This document shows positions 25,348 through 40,300 of a stretch of 64,000 nucleotides of DNA, piece after piece. Below the pieces are notes generated by a model. That model did not search any database, was not told the DNA's origin, and saw nothing but the letters and a program-made list of their open reading frames with translations. Location of the stretch: NCBI RefSeq assembly GCF_964204865.1, contig NC_135253.1, forward strand, positions 4,960,001-5,024,000. The letters are read 5' to 3'. A program made the translations under genes and the position numbers. The stretch comes from Styela clava (Eukaryota). How positions within the stretch are numbered: the first letter of the stretch is position 1; each line of letters starts with the position of its first letter.

Positions 25348-26010
25348 AAAGAGCGCGAAACAGCGCAAAACAGAGGAAAACAGCGCGAAACAGAAGGAAA
25401 CCAGCGCAAAACAGAAGGAAACAGCGCAAAACAGGAGACGCAGTCATTACCACCTCCTGCCACGAAAGAACCACGGCGCCTCTCGCCATGGTTTTATGGC
25501 GCTATTTCCGGTATATTTACAAGGTTATGTACCGGATTATAGGTCATCATGCGAAATTTTATCTACCTTTTTGGTGCTCCAGAAGTATGTGCAGCAATAT
25601 GTCGCACAACCTGAATTCGCTACACACACACACACACATACTATTTTCAGGTTGTGCGCCACCTTGGTGCACATACTTCTGGAGGTCCCTTTTTACCTAA
25701 CCCTAAAGCCAATCATATTCATATGGAAAATGTTCTAAATTATGGTACCCAAAATGTGTCACCAGCAGGGGCATTCCTGCCATTACAGCATTACTGGCTA
25801 CATACGTTGGTTTGTGTTTTTAATTTGCTGCCGTGGTACTCCAACTCAAAACAAGGTGCCCCGAACTCATTGCAAAAAAATTTTCCGCTTCACACTGTCT
25901 CCCTCTGTTTTGCGCTCTTTCGCGCTGTTTCCCCACTGTTTTGCGCTGTTTCCCTCTGTTTTGCGCTGTTTCGCGCTATTTTGCGCTCTTTGCGGTGTTT
26001 CGCGCTGTAT
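25348..26010. mobile_element. Foldback-like element with inverted arms of ~10-bp tandem repeats
   Basis: cagcgc(g/a)aaa and caga(a/g)g(g/a)aaa units at 25348-25444 are mirrored as ttt(t/c)gcgctg and tttccctctg units at 25894-26010. Confidence 0.8.
25577..25684. mobile_element. ~110-bp hairpin element (39-bp arms, CA-repeat loop) nested in the foldback element
   Basis: ctccagaagtatgtgcagcaatatgtcgcacaacctgaa versus ttcaggttgtgcgccaccttggtgcacatacttctggag; ttttt on both sides a few bases beyond the arms. Confidence 0.85.
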
Positions 26011-28491
26011 TCAGTGAGTAGTAAGACCGATGTGTGGAAGAGGCGCGAATATCGTTTTAAAAAAACCTTCTCGTGATTTTGCCGTTCCATTAAAACTGTG
26101 AGTGACCCCTAATAAATAATCGATATGCGTGTCATTCACTGGTTTCCGAAAATATTTATGCTTCCGTGTGGCCGTAACTTGAAAGACGATGACAATTCAA
26201 ATTCGCTTCGAAATATTTTTAAATCAGCGTGTATGTGAGTAGTTCATATAATAAGTGACATGAAGAGTAAAATATAAAATATGAGTGGAGTATATTTTCG
26301 TTTGCTTTTGCTATCCTTGGTCTGAATTCATTACGAAAACTCATGATTTAGCAATATTACCTCAATTCTATTTTATGTCAAATATATATAGTAGTTCTGT
26401 TCATACATGTTCCATACCTAATGGAGCTGACGGTATAAAACTATAAGCCAATAGTGACAAAATGGTATTTTTGACGAATGAAACCGTTAATAAAAACGAA
26501 TTTGCATATATTTCATAATACTTTCGAAGTATATTTAATTTTGAGAGATTGTGGTGAATACGAAACTGGAGGATGAAAAAAGAACAGTGCGTAGCATGCT
26601 TCCGTCCAATGGAGTTACAAAGTGTATGATGATGAGGTCTAAAACATTCTAAATGCCGAGAACAATTCTAGAGACTCTAATTTGATTACAAACTGGTGGT
26701 AAATAACGAGCAGAATATCCGCCATTTTCTAATAATTGTGTGATAATATTCATATTAATAATTTAAATATGTGTGACTTATCTTCACCACATTCAGTTGT
26801 TTTTGTTTGTGAATCCTACATCATGGTATAACGATACCGAACTTGCTAGTGTACAAAAACCTTCGCCACATTTAGTGGTACTCAACCTTTTTTGATGCAC
26901 TCCTGCCTTGCCTATACTGTATTTGAAACTCTTCTTTCCCCTTTTCTATGCACAAAAACTCCGTTTCTGTTTGACGTTCAATCATGAGTCCTTAATAACT
27001 GGTGATAAGCGCAATTTGCACGCAGGTTTTGAATCGTTTATAATGTGAGAATAAACATGTATTACTTTACAATTAAAAGAATGAATAAATACAAAATAAC
27101 ATTTTCTTCACTAAAAATTTAGACTTGTATTCAACTAATTAGTAGAGATTTGAACCTAATATATATAAAATGTAGTTTTAATATTAATAGAGTGTAATGC
27201 ATTTGAAATGTCAAATTCCTTATTACTAAAAGGATTACGTGAACGGAAAGTGTGAAGCTTATATTTAAAACAACAAATTTCCCCATTATTTGTTGTTCAT
27301 TTTCCGACTTGTTGACTAACTATGAGTCCTTCGTCGTCAGTCGTTTGATGGTCAATTTGAGTGACTCGTGACACGATTTTGATTCGTTGGTCATCAATGT
27401 AACAAACATATGACGACACTTGAACGTCCACTTAATGCCATAGATTGTTATGGCGACGCAGCTTGACCCAGGATGTGACCCCTCTTGTTTCATACCGTTC
27501 GGCCTATCTGAGATCGGTTTCGTATGTGAAAATACAGTATATTTATTTCTGTGTTTTTGTAGTAAATTGTACTGGACACAAGTAACAATACAGACGTAGA
27601 TACAATTAGTTAGGGTTAGGACTAGGTTTGAAAAATATTAGAACCCATTTGTGGCATGGGGCAAAAATTTTAAGCAAATTTAATGGCCTTCAAAACATAC
27701 TTCATACTTTTTATTTCTCGTATATGTCTTACACATTGACTCCAGCTGTACTGCAATATTTTTAAATAACCTTATCTGCAACCACTACGAATTTCGAAAT
27801 ATCACACAAACCCAGGCACTTACACCATCATATGATTATTTCATGTATGATCTAACCTATTTTTCATTTTATTTTTCAGATAAAAATGATCTAATATGAT
27901 ATGGTGCATTAAAGTGTATATGACAGTTTAACGACGTTGGAGATGAGTAATGGCAATGAACTGACAACATGAAACGGTCAACATACAGGGCTGACCAGGA
28001 GATATTTTTGGTTCGTTTTGTAACTATAGATTCACTTGAAAGGTCTCATCTTATCCTATTTCTGTAAATAGCTTACCGTCCGCCTTTTCAGTCCAATTCA
28101 CTTTGAGATGTAAATGCTTCAGTTCCTATATAAACAAGAGAGTAATGCTCATACACATGGACACGATAGTCAAATGTCATATAAAATGTTCCCATATATC
28201 GTATAAAAGTGTTCACTTGAATTAAAATAAAACAACAATTTCTAGTATTTTTATCGGGTCCCATATAATCAAAGGAGAAAATAGAAGTAATAGCTTTCTA
28301 GCGGCTTCCATCTTTAAGTGTTGAAAATTAATTGGTCAAATAGTCGCAAGTGAATTATTGTCTCAACAACAACAACAATTTAGCCAAGCTTTGTGTCCAA
28401 TAACCACCCATAGGTCCAGACAGAATCATAATCAACAAAGCGACTTTATCCACTTCAAAATTCCCATAAACGGTCCTAATAGAAATGGAAA

Positions 28492-28511
28492 GTGTGTGTG
28501 TGTGTGTGTGT
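28492..28511 (+). repeat. (GT)10 microsatellite
   Basis: gtgtgtgtgtgtgtgtgtgt. Confidence 0.95.
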
Positions 28512-31500
28512 TAAGTTAGAAAACGAATACATTACACAATTTCGTATCACTCCCAGTTTTTCATAGTAAACATTAGTTTTTAATGAACAAAGAAAAAATA
28601 GTATGTACATCACCCAAGCGATAGGTTAGAAACAATAAATTAAAATACTTCAATCGAACTAATACCATATTCCGGCTATATGTAGTCACCAGTATAGCAA
28701 AAACTGCCCACGTTTCGTCTTGTAAATATTGATCGTCGGCCAAAACATGGATGAAAACGGAACATACATGTACGCCGCAGTCATTGCTGTATTCCTTCTT
28801 CTGATGTTCTCAACAGGGGTATAATATTAACTTAGGATGAATAATCGCTTTCACCAAACATGGACACGCCCGGTTTGTAAACATCGCTGAAAGGATGATT
28901 ATTAACCCTCCCGTCGTTCCAGAAGCTTTTACTTACTTCCATTGCAAAACTTGTACTCAACAAATAGTTAATCTTAGTCTGTAAATTGCGCCACACGAAG
29001 TTGTACATTCGACCATTTCGTATATTTAACTTGCCCACCGTAGTAATTGGGAACAGTGTCTTGAAATAATGTTTGAAAAGAAGGACCTGTTTGTTTCAAG
29101 AATCTGTATCACGAGTAGTCGCACAGTAAAACCTACCAAGGTACTTTCATAATGTATGTTATATCTAAATTTCCTTTTTTCCTAGGTCATTTAATTAAGC
29201 TTCAAGATGATTGGTCAAAATTGGTTGATGCCGTCACTGAACCCAGTTCGCTTCAATTATATGGAACAACAATATCTGCTGTCGAAAAAAATGCCAATTA
29301 TACTGTGGTTTGGCAGTAAAATATTAACTGCCCTTGGAATTGTACGCTTCTAAATAAATACCTTTCCGTCATAGATCGTCATATATTAGCATCACCACAG
29401 TTTAATAAACGCTGTCTATACCTGCCTATAAGACCATGTCGCTGATGATAAAACTAAAAAAATATGCAAAACGATAAAATACATACCGAAATCCGTGCAG
29501 ATGATTATGCTCACTTTTAGAATGGCTACATGGGTAGGAAACATATTGTAATGAGGTCCATCTTTGACTTGTACTACATACAATGCAATTCTAATATAGA
29601 GTTGTGGGTACTTTCTGTGTATTACTCAAATACGTCGCTAAATGGATATTATACCGTTAACATTTTGCTATTACATACCCCCAGTTGTGATTGAAATTTT
29701 GTGTTTTTCAAGTTGGGTCTTATATTCATATTTTTTCACAAAACTGTTTTCGTTCATGTAGCTTAAAGACCGATGGCAAAATAATCTGATTTGGTGTCGA
29801 TTACAAGATGCGACCACGCTGTCAATCAAAGTAATTTAAAAACGAAAGTAGGTAAGGGCGCTTATATCTATGAGCCACACTTGAAAACGAACGATTCGTC
29901 ATTTTTCATGTCGTTTATATTCAATACATTCAAAGCAAGTCTGAACGAAGCAATTTTGTTTTGACAAGCCATTCAGCCCGTGGTATAAAAGATAATCTGG
30001 TAGGTTTTCGATAGCATCGCTTGGCGGCGGTATAGTATTACAACGGTTGCGTTAATAACAGTGATTCGAAGACAATGGGGTCAATTTTAGCGCCACGACC
30101 TCGGTTTATCTCATATTAACTTGGTATTAGCGAATAAAGTTGGAATCAAGTTTCATTCAGAATGGTGATTGCAATATAACACTTGATTTCTATGTGTGAT
30201 TAGAAATTTATCCGACCTTGGATTGGATAGAAATTCAAATCGGCGATTAGGTGTCAGATAACCTGCAATACAATGTACGACAAAGAATGAAATTGAAACC
30301 ACATGGCGATGACGTTGATCGAAAGAATTATTGTGGCTGTGTTTCGTGCTATACCGCGAGATTAATTATTTATAACGCCTCATCGAGTGCAGTTTGACGA
30401 AAATCTGATTTTAAAACTATTCTAATAACAATATTTGCAAAATTGCACGCTTTGTCTGCCACAGATGATCATAAAATTATACGCAAAGATATAAAATCTG
30501 TATAGCTGTTTGCAAAATTGCACGCTTTATCTACCACATATCGCACTGAATTAATGTTTAAAACTCTCGAAGAAATATAATATTACTGAGAAGCAATTCG
30601 TTTGTGCATGCATGGAAATCAGCAACGCCTTCTTAAACTATGGAGAGTGACGTATTAGAGCGAATGCCCGCCAGGGCCTGTGAAGTTAAGAAATATCATT
30701 TCCTAGTTTCTGTTTTTATTCAGATATAATTGCCATGGTATTCAAAATCTCATAAAAGAACCGCTGAACTGTGAATGTGTCGTGTAACTCTAGGAATCAG
30801 CGAGTTAAAAAGTTGGCGTGCCGATTCAGAGATTCCCCAGGTCATCCAGGGCCACGATATTAGTTCAGTATACACTCGGCAAATTTGTCGATCCATCGAT
30901 ACCTACTCAAGCCATGTCGACAAATGGTGATCTGGCGATGTTTCCACGCCACTTGAATGAATATTTCATTTTTTCCGCCAATAAAGGCATGACCGAGCAA
31001 AACGACGATTTGTTTAGTAGGCAGCTGAATCATTAGGCGTGAACTAATGACCCGTTTCTATTCCGCCCACAAAGTTATTTCGCCCTGCGAAAACAACCAA
31101 CGACAACACCGATTAGCTATACCAATTGTTGATAAAACACAATAAAATCTTCGCTTCTAGGAAATTCTACGAAGTATTCAGTGATCCGAACAATCTTAGC
31201 TTCTTGCCCCAAAATGCAGTTTGCATTTTCAATGTACTTCTGTTGGCAACATCGCTTGTAATAGCAGAAGGTAATACACGTCAGACTAAAAATCTTTTTC
31301 GGAGGATGTCATTTTAAATAGCGTTTAGGGACATATATCTATCTCTATTCCAAACTGTTTCGGCCTATGGCCAGACTATTTAAAAAGAATATTGCATAAT
31401 GCCATTAATATTCGCCAAAAATCCATATCACATACAAGTATATATGTTGTTCTTGGGGTTTCCTATGACAATAACAAGCACGTAGTATGAGAAGAGTTGC

Positions 31501-34091
31501 CATGATTTGCGAAAAGGCCAAAAACTTCATCAATTTCCCATCTCTGGTATTTAAGATCGAGACATCATATTATATCCTATTATGTTATGGTTTCCTACAG
31601 CAATTGCAAAACGCATTTACCAATACGTCTATGCTTGTTAAAAAGACTTCTGGTTGAGGATATAAATTCCTCGAGAATTTTGTACGTGTTTTCCATATAA
31701 GTACAGGATAAGCTCGGTGTAACGCTACGAATTATCGTTCGGATATTTCTTTCAATCAAGTAGGCTGACGTAATGGCATAGAACTAACTGTAGGTCAATA
31801 AAAAAAATATTTTATTTTATCCCGAGGTACTCCACCCGATAATGTTATGTGCGCCCGAATAAATATTTTGCCGGGATTGCGAGAACAGACGAAACACGTG
31901 CTCTTCCGCCTAACCGCTAGTAACCTACATTTTTTCTCAAAAACATCACACCACCAGGAGCGAGATGCCGCGCGATGACTCGTTTTTGCAGAGCGAGGTC
32001 GGTGCTCCCGGCGGAGGTTTGTTAGCGCGCTCTTTGAATTATTTCCGTTTTATTTTACATTAAGAGTTGGTCTTAATGGAAACAAAATTTTGTGTCATTT
32101 TTTTCCTTGAAACACAATGTAAAGGTACACAACGTCATTTTTCCGCCAAAGAAACCGATCTGAAAATGCTGGCAACCTTATTTTGGTGATATTCGTATGT
32201 ACAGCCCAAAATCAAAAGCTCAAAACTTGCCCCAATATTAGTTATGTGCGTGTAAAAGACACAAACATTAACGAATCTCGAAGCAGGTAAACACTACAAG
32301 AATGGTGATGTCCAAAATAGTTGCGCTTAACTTGACTCTTGAAGGAAATATGCCTTCCAAAGTTCAAGATTTGGGAGGTGATTAGCGCTGTTATAAATCG
32401 AACCATTCCAACCATCTTCAAGTCGTTTGCTGATCACAAGGTTAGATCAGTACACAAATCGACATGACCAGATATAGAATCAGCCAACCGTAACCAAAAT
32501 GTAATTTAAAAGGTCACTCAAGTCCACCAAAAAAGCGCGAAAATGGCGCCACATATGTTTTTAACATCCTGTTTTCGTCTCGAATGTGGCTATGTAAACT
32601 ACACTTGATGCGACGGCGAAACGGAAACAAACATTTTATTCGGCGTATTAATATCGCGAATTATATTTCATTCAATCAGCATACCTCCACTCCAGAAACT
32701 CGGCTCTATTAAATGGGTCAAACATAGCTTCACTTAACCATTTAATCCTTCTTCAACTTCGTTAGTATATCGATTGGGTCCTACTGCACATGGAAATACA
32801 AAAATGTCATTTTCATTCTACTTCAAATTTTGGAAGTTTAGCTTAGAGCAAATTTCGGGTAATGTAACCGAGTTACAAACCACATACCCTGCCCTAATAA
32901 ATATGCATCTCATCAAATCCCTATGTTGAGACGGGAGTTATTTTTATAATGCATATCTATCAGTTATTTGGTGAGAAAATAGATGGAATTATGATCCTCA
33001 TCCGCTGATGGTGTGTGCGTAACTGGCATTTGAAAGCAAGTTTTAGTTTCAGATCTAGGTAAGCCACGCTTGAACTTGTCGTGATTTTAGAGGGTATTTG
33101 ACCCCGAATTGTAAACCAAATCACTCAGTTGTCCTATAAGTATTTATATACTGCAACGTTCTGCGTTAAATATGAAAATTTTGTTATTGCTAAACAAAGC
33201 ACGCGACGTATATTCCTAACTTTTTCCTCTTTAATGATTCATAAAAAATGGGAAACATCAGTATAATTGCAGGTTGCAGTACTTGTTTCGCATTGTTTAC
33301 AAACAATGGCCTGCTCGCTAAAATGTAGAAACATTCGAAACAACTTTCGAACACCATAACATACTTTACATTAAATCGTTTCCGTCTGTATTTTGGATGT
33401 TTTCATTAGCTCAGATTACTATAAAAATGCATTCGTTATGGATATTATAATTATGTTTCCAAAGTCCAAAACATCCGTACATTCGACGTCAAACAATCGC
33501 TTTTTGGCATACCTTGTCGAGGACGCAGGTTAGGAGAAAATGGTAATCTGTCGTAAAATTTTCAGCCTAGACACAAATAAATACTAATCAAACAGTCTTT
33601 GTTGTGACGTATTTTGGCTTTAATATATGATTAGGTAATGAAATACTGTGCTGGGATTGTAAACATAGGGTGAATGACATGAATCTGACGAAGGAGAAAA
33701 TGCATTGTTACAAAACAATTTAATAAAATTGGTATCTTTATCAGGTTAATGTCATTTATGGAAAAAAAATGTAGCGTAACTCATGAATAATACTGCAAAT
33801 CCTATCTCAAGTGTACAGTACAAGCTTCGGTGGTGTAGGCAGTTTTAGTTATGTAATATTTATTGTACTATTTTCACTCATGGGCACACAAATAATTATT
33901 TCAGTTTCAGAGCGGCATCATGGTTGGATGTTTGCCTTATGGTCGGTTTCAATCTTCATAAAGTGAGCATGCTTAAATCACAACCTTGTATTCATTGTAT
34001 ATTACTACAAACCAAGTCCGTTACTCCGACAAGCTGAAAATCATGCTTGCAATATTATCAATTTGAACCGATCACACCTTTGGATCTTTTG

Positions 34092-34302
34092 AACAAAGCT
34101 CCAGCCATTATTGCAAAAATGTGAGATTAGAGAAAGACACCCAGCCACGTTTTAAAACAACAAATTAGTATTTATCCAGTTAGGGTTAGAAATGATTTGA
34201 AAATTTCAATTACCTGCACAATCTGCATTCCCAACCATAACCCCATCCTTAACTGAATAATTAGTAATTTTCATATTTGGAGCGGTGGCGGGAGTGTTTG
34301 TT
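34092..34302. mobile_element. Degenerate MITE-like element with inverted ends, same family as 22353-22432
   Basis: aacaaagctccagccat versus ggtggcgggagtgtttgtt (inverted); internal ccagttagggttag versus ccttaactg. Confidence 0.55.
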
Positions 34303-37300
34303 TTTTGCTGGGGATTTCGTACGAAAGATCTACACCTCCTAAAAAAAATACATTACTAAATATGTAAGCAGACGAGAATAGCTGATTTTCCTACCCCGGC
34401 AAAATAGCTCATTTCTCTACAAGTTACAGAACATTGAAATTTTATTATAAAGGATTGAGTTCCGGAATTGTCGTGCATGTCGCGTGCAGGACCTATTGTA
34501 TTACCCGACCGGTTTTGACAAATTATATCATATCTCTGACAAATTACACTATATCTCTGAGTTTTCCCACTGATAACTGTCGCTGTGGATTTTTTTTAAA
34601 TCGAGAATTATTTATAACATGTATTTTTTGGAAGTTTATTGACGCGGTCCCAAGTGCTTTGTCAACATGATCTCATTGAAAATGCTCATTTCATATATTC
34701 TGTTTAAATATTTATCATGACCACAATGGCAGTGTTCTTCTGGAGCACGTACATGTTCTTTCATTACTCTTCAAACAACATAAACGTGAACTTCACTTAT
34801 ATTTATAGGTTGTTCAATTTAGATCAGAATTAGAAATAATCTGGACTTATTTATAGACGAATAATGTCAGAAGAGATCACGGCAATAAGTAAATTTCATA
34901 TTCAGCTTATCCAAGAAAAGTATTCTTCTTGCTGAGAATTCATGCACCCAGGGAATACATGCAATAGGCGCAATTTAATTTTTTTTAAATATTGGAACAA
35001 CAAAAACTTTTTGCGCACCCTTGACACATTGTAGTTATTGGGACAACATATTCAAAAAAAGACCTCTTAAAATTTAAATTTAGCAGCCGACTTGACAACA
35101 TAATATGGTGATTATACTTGAAAGTTTTATGTAATTCCTTGCATCCATTCTTTGCATACTTATTCTAGAATATTGAGCTCAGTCTCACGATCGGTTTTCA
35201 TTATAAGCAAGCGAATAAATTTGCTTTAGCTCCGCTTTTTGTTGTTGGTTTATTTCTATTCAAAAATTCTTATTGAATATGGTATTTTGTTGTAACAGCT
35301 GGCCGTATTATTTTAGCCGTATTTCATTGTCATTCCGATTGACGATGAAAATAGAATTCATCACAACCACAGAGGTACAGACCCTGTTAAAAAAAAATTA
35401 CAACATTCAAATGCATTATGCTTTCACATATTATCGCAGTACTCCTATATTTATACAAAGTAAATTAATACTGCGTTTTGGGGTCATACTTTACGTCACC
35501 GTAAACCTTAATTTTCACCAGAATGGTATGTTACTTAGGACTAACATATTTTGGTTGAATTTCTGATTTTCTTTACTGTATATTTCGCAATAATACTGAG
35601 TGTAATTCAGATTCAACCATCCCATAAATCAGGTATGAAGTAACACGGAAATGTATTTTAAGCAGATTGGGCCGTGGTTGACATTTTTATTTTTCAATGA
35701 TTTATGAATTCATGGGAGGCAACCATGTTTACATTCATTAGCTTGAAGTAAATTTTATTCTTTAGTACAATACTGTGAGATGATAATTGTTGTCTCATAA
35801 TATGTCTTAAATTCTCACAAATCAGCAATGCCAAAACTACCAGATTTCAGCCACATTATAATTGACAAAATTTTCGTCAAGTAGTTTGAATGCCTGAAAA
35901 TAGCTGGCATATTGAAAAAAGGGTTTGGCTGGATAGCTGTAGTTGATTTAATATTCAATACATATTTCTTACTATCATATGAAGTAGGGTGTGTTATAAC
36001 TTCGTCCTTTATATTTTACGTTATTGCCAAGATCTGAAAGCTGGCTTCTGGAATAGAGCGATAGCTTTCTCATTTTTTAATTGGGTGGCCATAAATTATA
36101 TCCCATAGTTCGCTTTTCAACTTGTTCTTCCGATGGTTATTATATATATCAATATTAAAAGATACAAAGCTGTATTAAAACATATAACTTTGGAGCTAAA
36201 GTTAGCACAGCAAACACTCCATTGCCGGAAATTTATTTTTGTTCGGCAAAAGCAATTTCGTTCCTATCGGAATTGGTTTTTGGAGTATGCACTCAAGTCG
36301 TTGTGCCATCACAAAACAACACTCGACTGCTTCGCGGTGGGTGACGCAGGTTCAAATGAGATCTGATTCCGATTTGATATATTTATATGTTAATAAAATT
36401 TCAACGAGATTCTTTTTTAGGTATAGGAGAGGAATTTCACATTTAATTCGAGGAAACAGGAAAGCTGATAAGTCAGTTCAGTCATATGGCGCGTCCCGAT
36501 ACCAGTTCATGCCGGGAATGGGGCTAGATACATGCGTTTCAAATGCATGGAAAACTAGGATTCAGATTTATAAAAAAGCAAATTTGTGAATGAAATCTTA
36601 GGACGAATTAGATCCTATTCAACGTATAAGTTGGATTTCGGATTTTTATCTGTTTTTACGAATTCGTATAGGTTCGGTGCCCTCGATAATGTAGAGTAGA
36701 TCATATTTGTAAGCGTGATAACTTTTTAGATTTGGAACCAAAAGTAAAAAGCCCGAACACGAATAATCATTTATTTGATGTAATTTAGAATTAGAAGACG
36801 AAAAGACTATTGCATTAAATAACGTTGGTCAATTTAAACGGAGTGTCTATCTGTTCCACGGTACTTTTTTTGGGAGTTTCAAACAAACTTTCACTCGGTT
36901 TGAACATGGGACGAGCAACAACGTGGTTTAACTTGGGACTCTTATGTATTGTAGACTACATTTACCTAACCGACTGTGTGATTCTCATCGCATCTAATCT
37001 GTTGTTGAAGATTACTCCTCACAGCTATACTACATTATGTGGAACATTATTCAACAAAACCTTATGTGGTTTTGCATCCGTTTCTGCGTAATAAACTCAA
37101 TGTCCATCGGCACTATGTTCAAAAATATCCTTAATTTAGATATATAATGTTTTAATGTATATCATTCAAATGAATGCGATTTCATTCTGATTTGAGAAGG
37201 AGAAAATGACACCGATGGACACCATTTCCTGTCATTGTTGGTATACCAGTATTGCGCAATTTCGGACTTGCCTTAAACGACTGCTCGCCCACGAAGACCA

Positions 37301-40300
37301 TTGTGAGCAATCAACGGATGTGAGTCCAACATCTCCAAGCAAATGAACATATATACTGATTTTGTTAGTACCAAATACAAAAACAATATGAAAACCATAT
37401 TAAACTAAATTGAAGCTTCCAGTAATTCCGAAAAATTGATGGATGGCAGATCCTGTTATAGCACGTAGGCTAGAACAATGGTTCTCAACCTTTCTACAAA
37501 ATTGTTTCAGTTGAATTTTTTTTCAATATTCTCACTGTCTAAATGATTATACGAGCGCTCTTAATGGGCAATAATTTGGAAGGTTTTCCAAGAGCCTCAA
37601 TTTACTAGAAATTCAGATTTTGATCGGAGCATATTTTCCTTCTGAAATTGAAAAAGAAAATGCCGTGAAGTGTGAAATTTAATCTTCAGATCAGCTTTCC
37701 AACTGGACCAAAAAGGGTCTTGTCTTCGGACTGTGTAATACCTATTGCTGTACAAAGTTCAAAGCCATATCAAAATCACTAATTTGGGGATAAAAACGTT
37801 TGTAATGCCCAGAGATGCGAATAAAATCATCAGAATGGAAACCTAAACGAACAATTTCATTATATTTTAAAATATCCCAGTGGAGTTTAACTGTCGTTGT
37901 AAAATGTAACGTAGAAATAAAAAAATAAAAAGTGTTACGTTATCTTGCCTCCCAGGCAAGAAAAACGTGAAACACATAGTAAGATCGATTTAAACAATAA
38001 AGAAATTAATATAATATCATGCACAATGATTATACTTTAATTAGCGAAGCGAAGGACATCGTATTTTATTGCAGATGACCCTAATCGGGGTTCAAATTCT
38101 TGAATATTTTATCAGTTATTGCGTTACCTCAATTCAATTTACTTGTTTGAATGATTCATCCGTCAAGAATAAGCGCATCATAGTTAAGAATGGGAATGGT
38201 TTAATATGCGACCAAGAATGCAAATGTCAGACGACCAGGTTTACCCCCTTCAAAATATACGCGACCTCACAGGGAGCGTAAGACCTCAAGAGAATTTATA
38301 AAGATAATGAATTCTTTGGATAAATTGTCGTGTTAGGCATGTGTAGACTAATTGGAATTTGACTTATGTAAGTTAATATATAGATTTATTCATAGATATG
38401 CCGCAATAACCTAAATACCCTCAACTATCAAGTTAAAATCATTTTGTCATGAGTCAGAGATGACATTCTCAGGAACAAGTATGTATCACACTTGATTGTA
38501 AATTCCTGTCATAAATCGCAGGCGATCAATGATCTTCCCCAAAAGGAGAAATTTCTTAATATTAACCAAAACCGCGAAAGATTGTAATTCTTTCTGTAAA
38601 ATCAAACTCAAAATACCGAATTTGTTAATGTTTTCTAAACTTGACGTGTGGTATATGAACTACATAAATAACATCAATTATCATTGTTGGCTGTCAACTA
38701 GCGTTCTATAAATACGATGAAAAATGCTGCTGCAAACTTGTGAATTATGGGATAGATTCGTTTAAAAATTAAATAAAATGAAAATATCCTGGACTGATAT
38801 CACGAGTGGGTCACAGTGGAAAGCGATGTACACATCTTGGTTTTAGACTGTAGCGAGCATAATGATAGTAGAATTCCCACCATTTTGATCAGAGGTGAAT
38901 CAGTCATATTTATATTTTTCAAACTCACTAGCTGCTAAATTATGAACAAAGTTGATTAATATTGCACGCTTCTCAATGAATCTATCTGAAAATCAAACTG
39001 AAAATTCTAGAGAAAATTTGGCACCTCAGAAAAAATAAGCGTCAGAGTAAATTATTTTTGAGTCTTTACTTGTAACACAAATTAAGTTACTGAAAGTGTT
39101 TGTCAAATCAGATAGAATTTTGATCAATAGAATTATTTAATCAATTTTAAAGGTAGTGCGGCGATTGTTCGTCTATTACAGAATAATATCTCATAAAATG
39201 AATCTGAAATAATCACTTGAGACGAATTTTGTGTCAAATTTCGACTTCTGACTATTTTTTTCCCGAGCACGAGCAAAAGATCAACATTGGTTTGTAGGCA
39301 TGTTTTATCGATGGACCATACTCGACTTAGTCAAAATGAACTAATTTCCTATCGCCTGCTATTGAAACCCTATTGGAATTTTGTTTACGCGAACGTTTTA
39401 GATTCCCAGAAATACGCCGGTACACTGACAAAACAATTCAAAAAGTTAATGTGAATTTCGCTCTAAATTCTCAAGTTTAAAAAATGACCTTCGAAGGTAT
39501 ACCCTCAATCCATGCCTAGTTATGCCAGTCTTGGTACAAGTTCAATTGTTGAATCTGGAAATACTTTGTTCTTATGAAGCATTTTTCATCACAACCGCTG
39601 TGACGTTGTGGTGCGCTAGCGAAATACTTCCTTGTGCCGCACCTATGACGGAATAGATCTAAACCGGGTATGGATATTTATGTGTACGTCATTGATTGAC
39701 GATTGTCGCGTTGTTTAGGCGCTGTAATGCGTCATCATGCCGAAATCATTTTCATTTATGATGTTACAGGCCGTGGGGATTCTATGTTCGGCGGCATGCC
39801 TCACCAGAGAAGGAATGTCCCGTTGTGACCGGCAAAGCGAGAATTTTATTTTTAATTTCAAGGTTCAACTTCCATTTTAGACGTTGAAAGCACGAAGTGA
39901 TGAAAGTATGTTACCTCGGAATTGAAAAGGTTTTCCATCACTAACCACAGATCGCATATAGATTGGGGAATTTCCTTAGTTTATGTTTTTGACTGTTATT
40001 TCTAGATTCGTTTACCATACCAATTTATTCAAGACAAGGTTACGACAACTACCCAGATACAAAGAGGCGATAAAACCATTATATTGTCGAAAAATATATG
40101 ACGAAAAATCATGAAATATCCTGAAAGGAGAAATTCGCAATAAACTATAAACAATTTGTTAAAAACGATAAAATGTTTTTAGTTTCAACAATACACTCCC
40201 ACCTGTGCGGTTGTGAAATGCAGATAAAATTATTTCCGTTTGAAATGCAAACACGAGAACATATTTTGAGTCAGGAGAATTTATGCATTCTAAAAAAACG

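Noticed and set aside
25654-26090. Overlapping 60-140 aa ORFs with LFCAVS/LRCFA repeats
   Set aside because: Translation of the 10-bp satellite arm of the foldback element.
30434-30540. Two AATTGCACGCTTT copies resembling a miR-92-family seed
   Set aside because: A short direct duplication without an extended hairpin.
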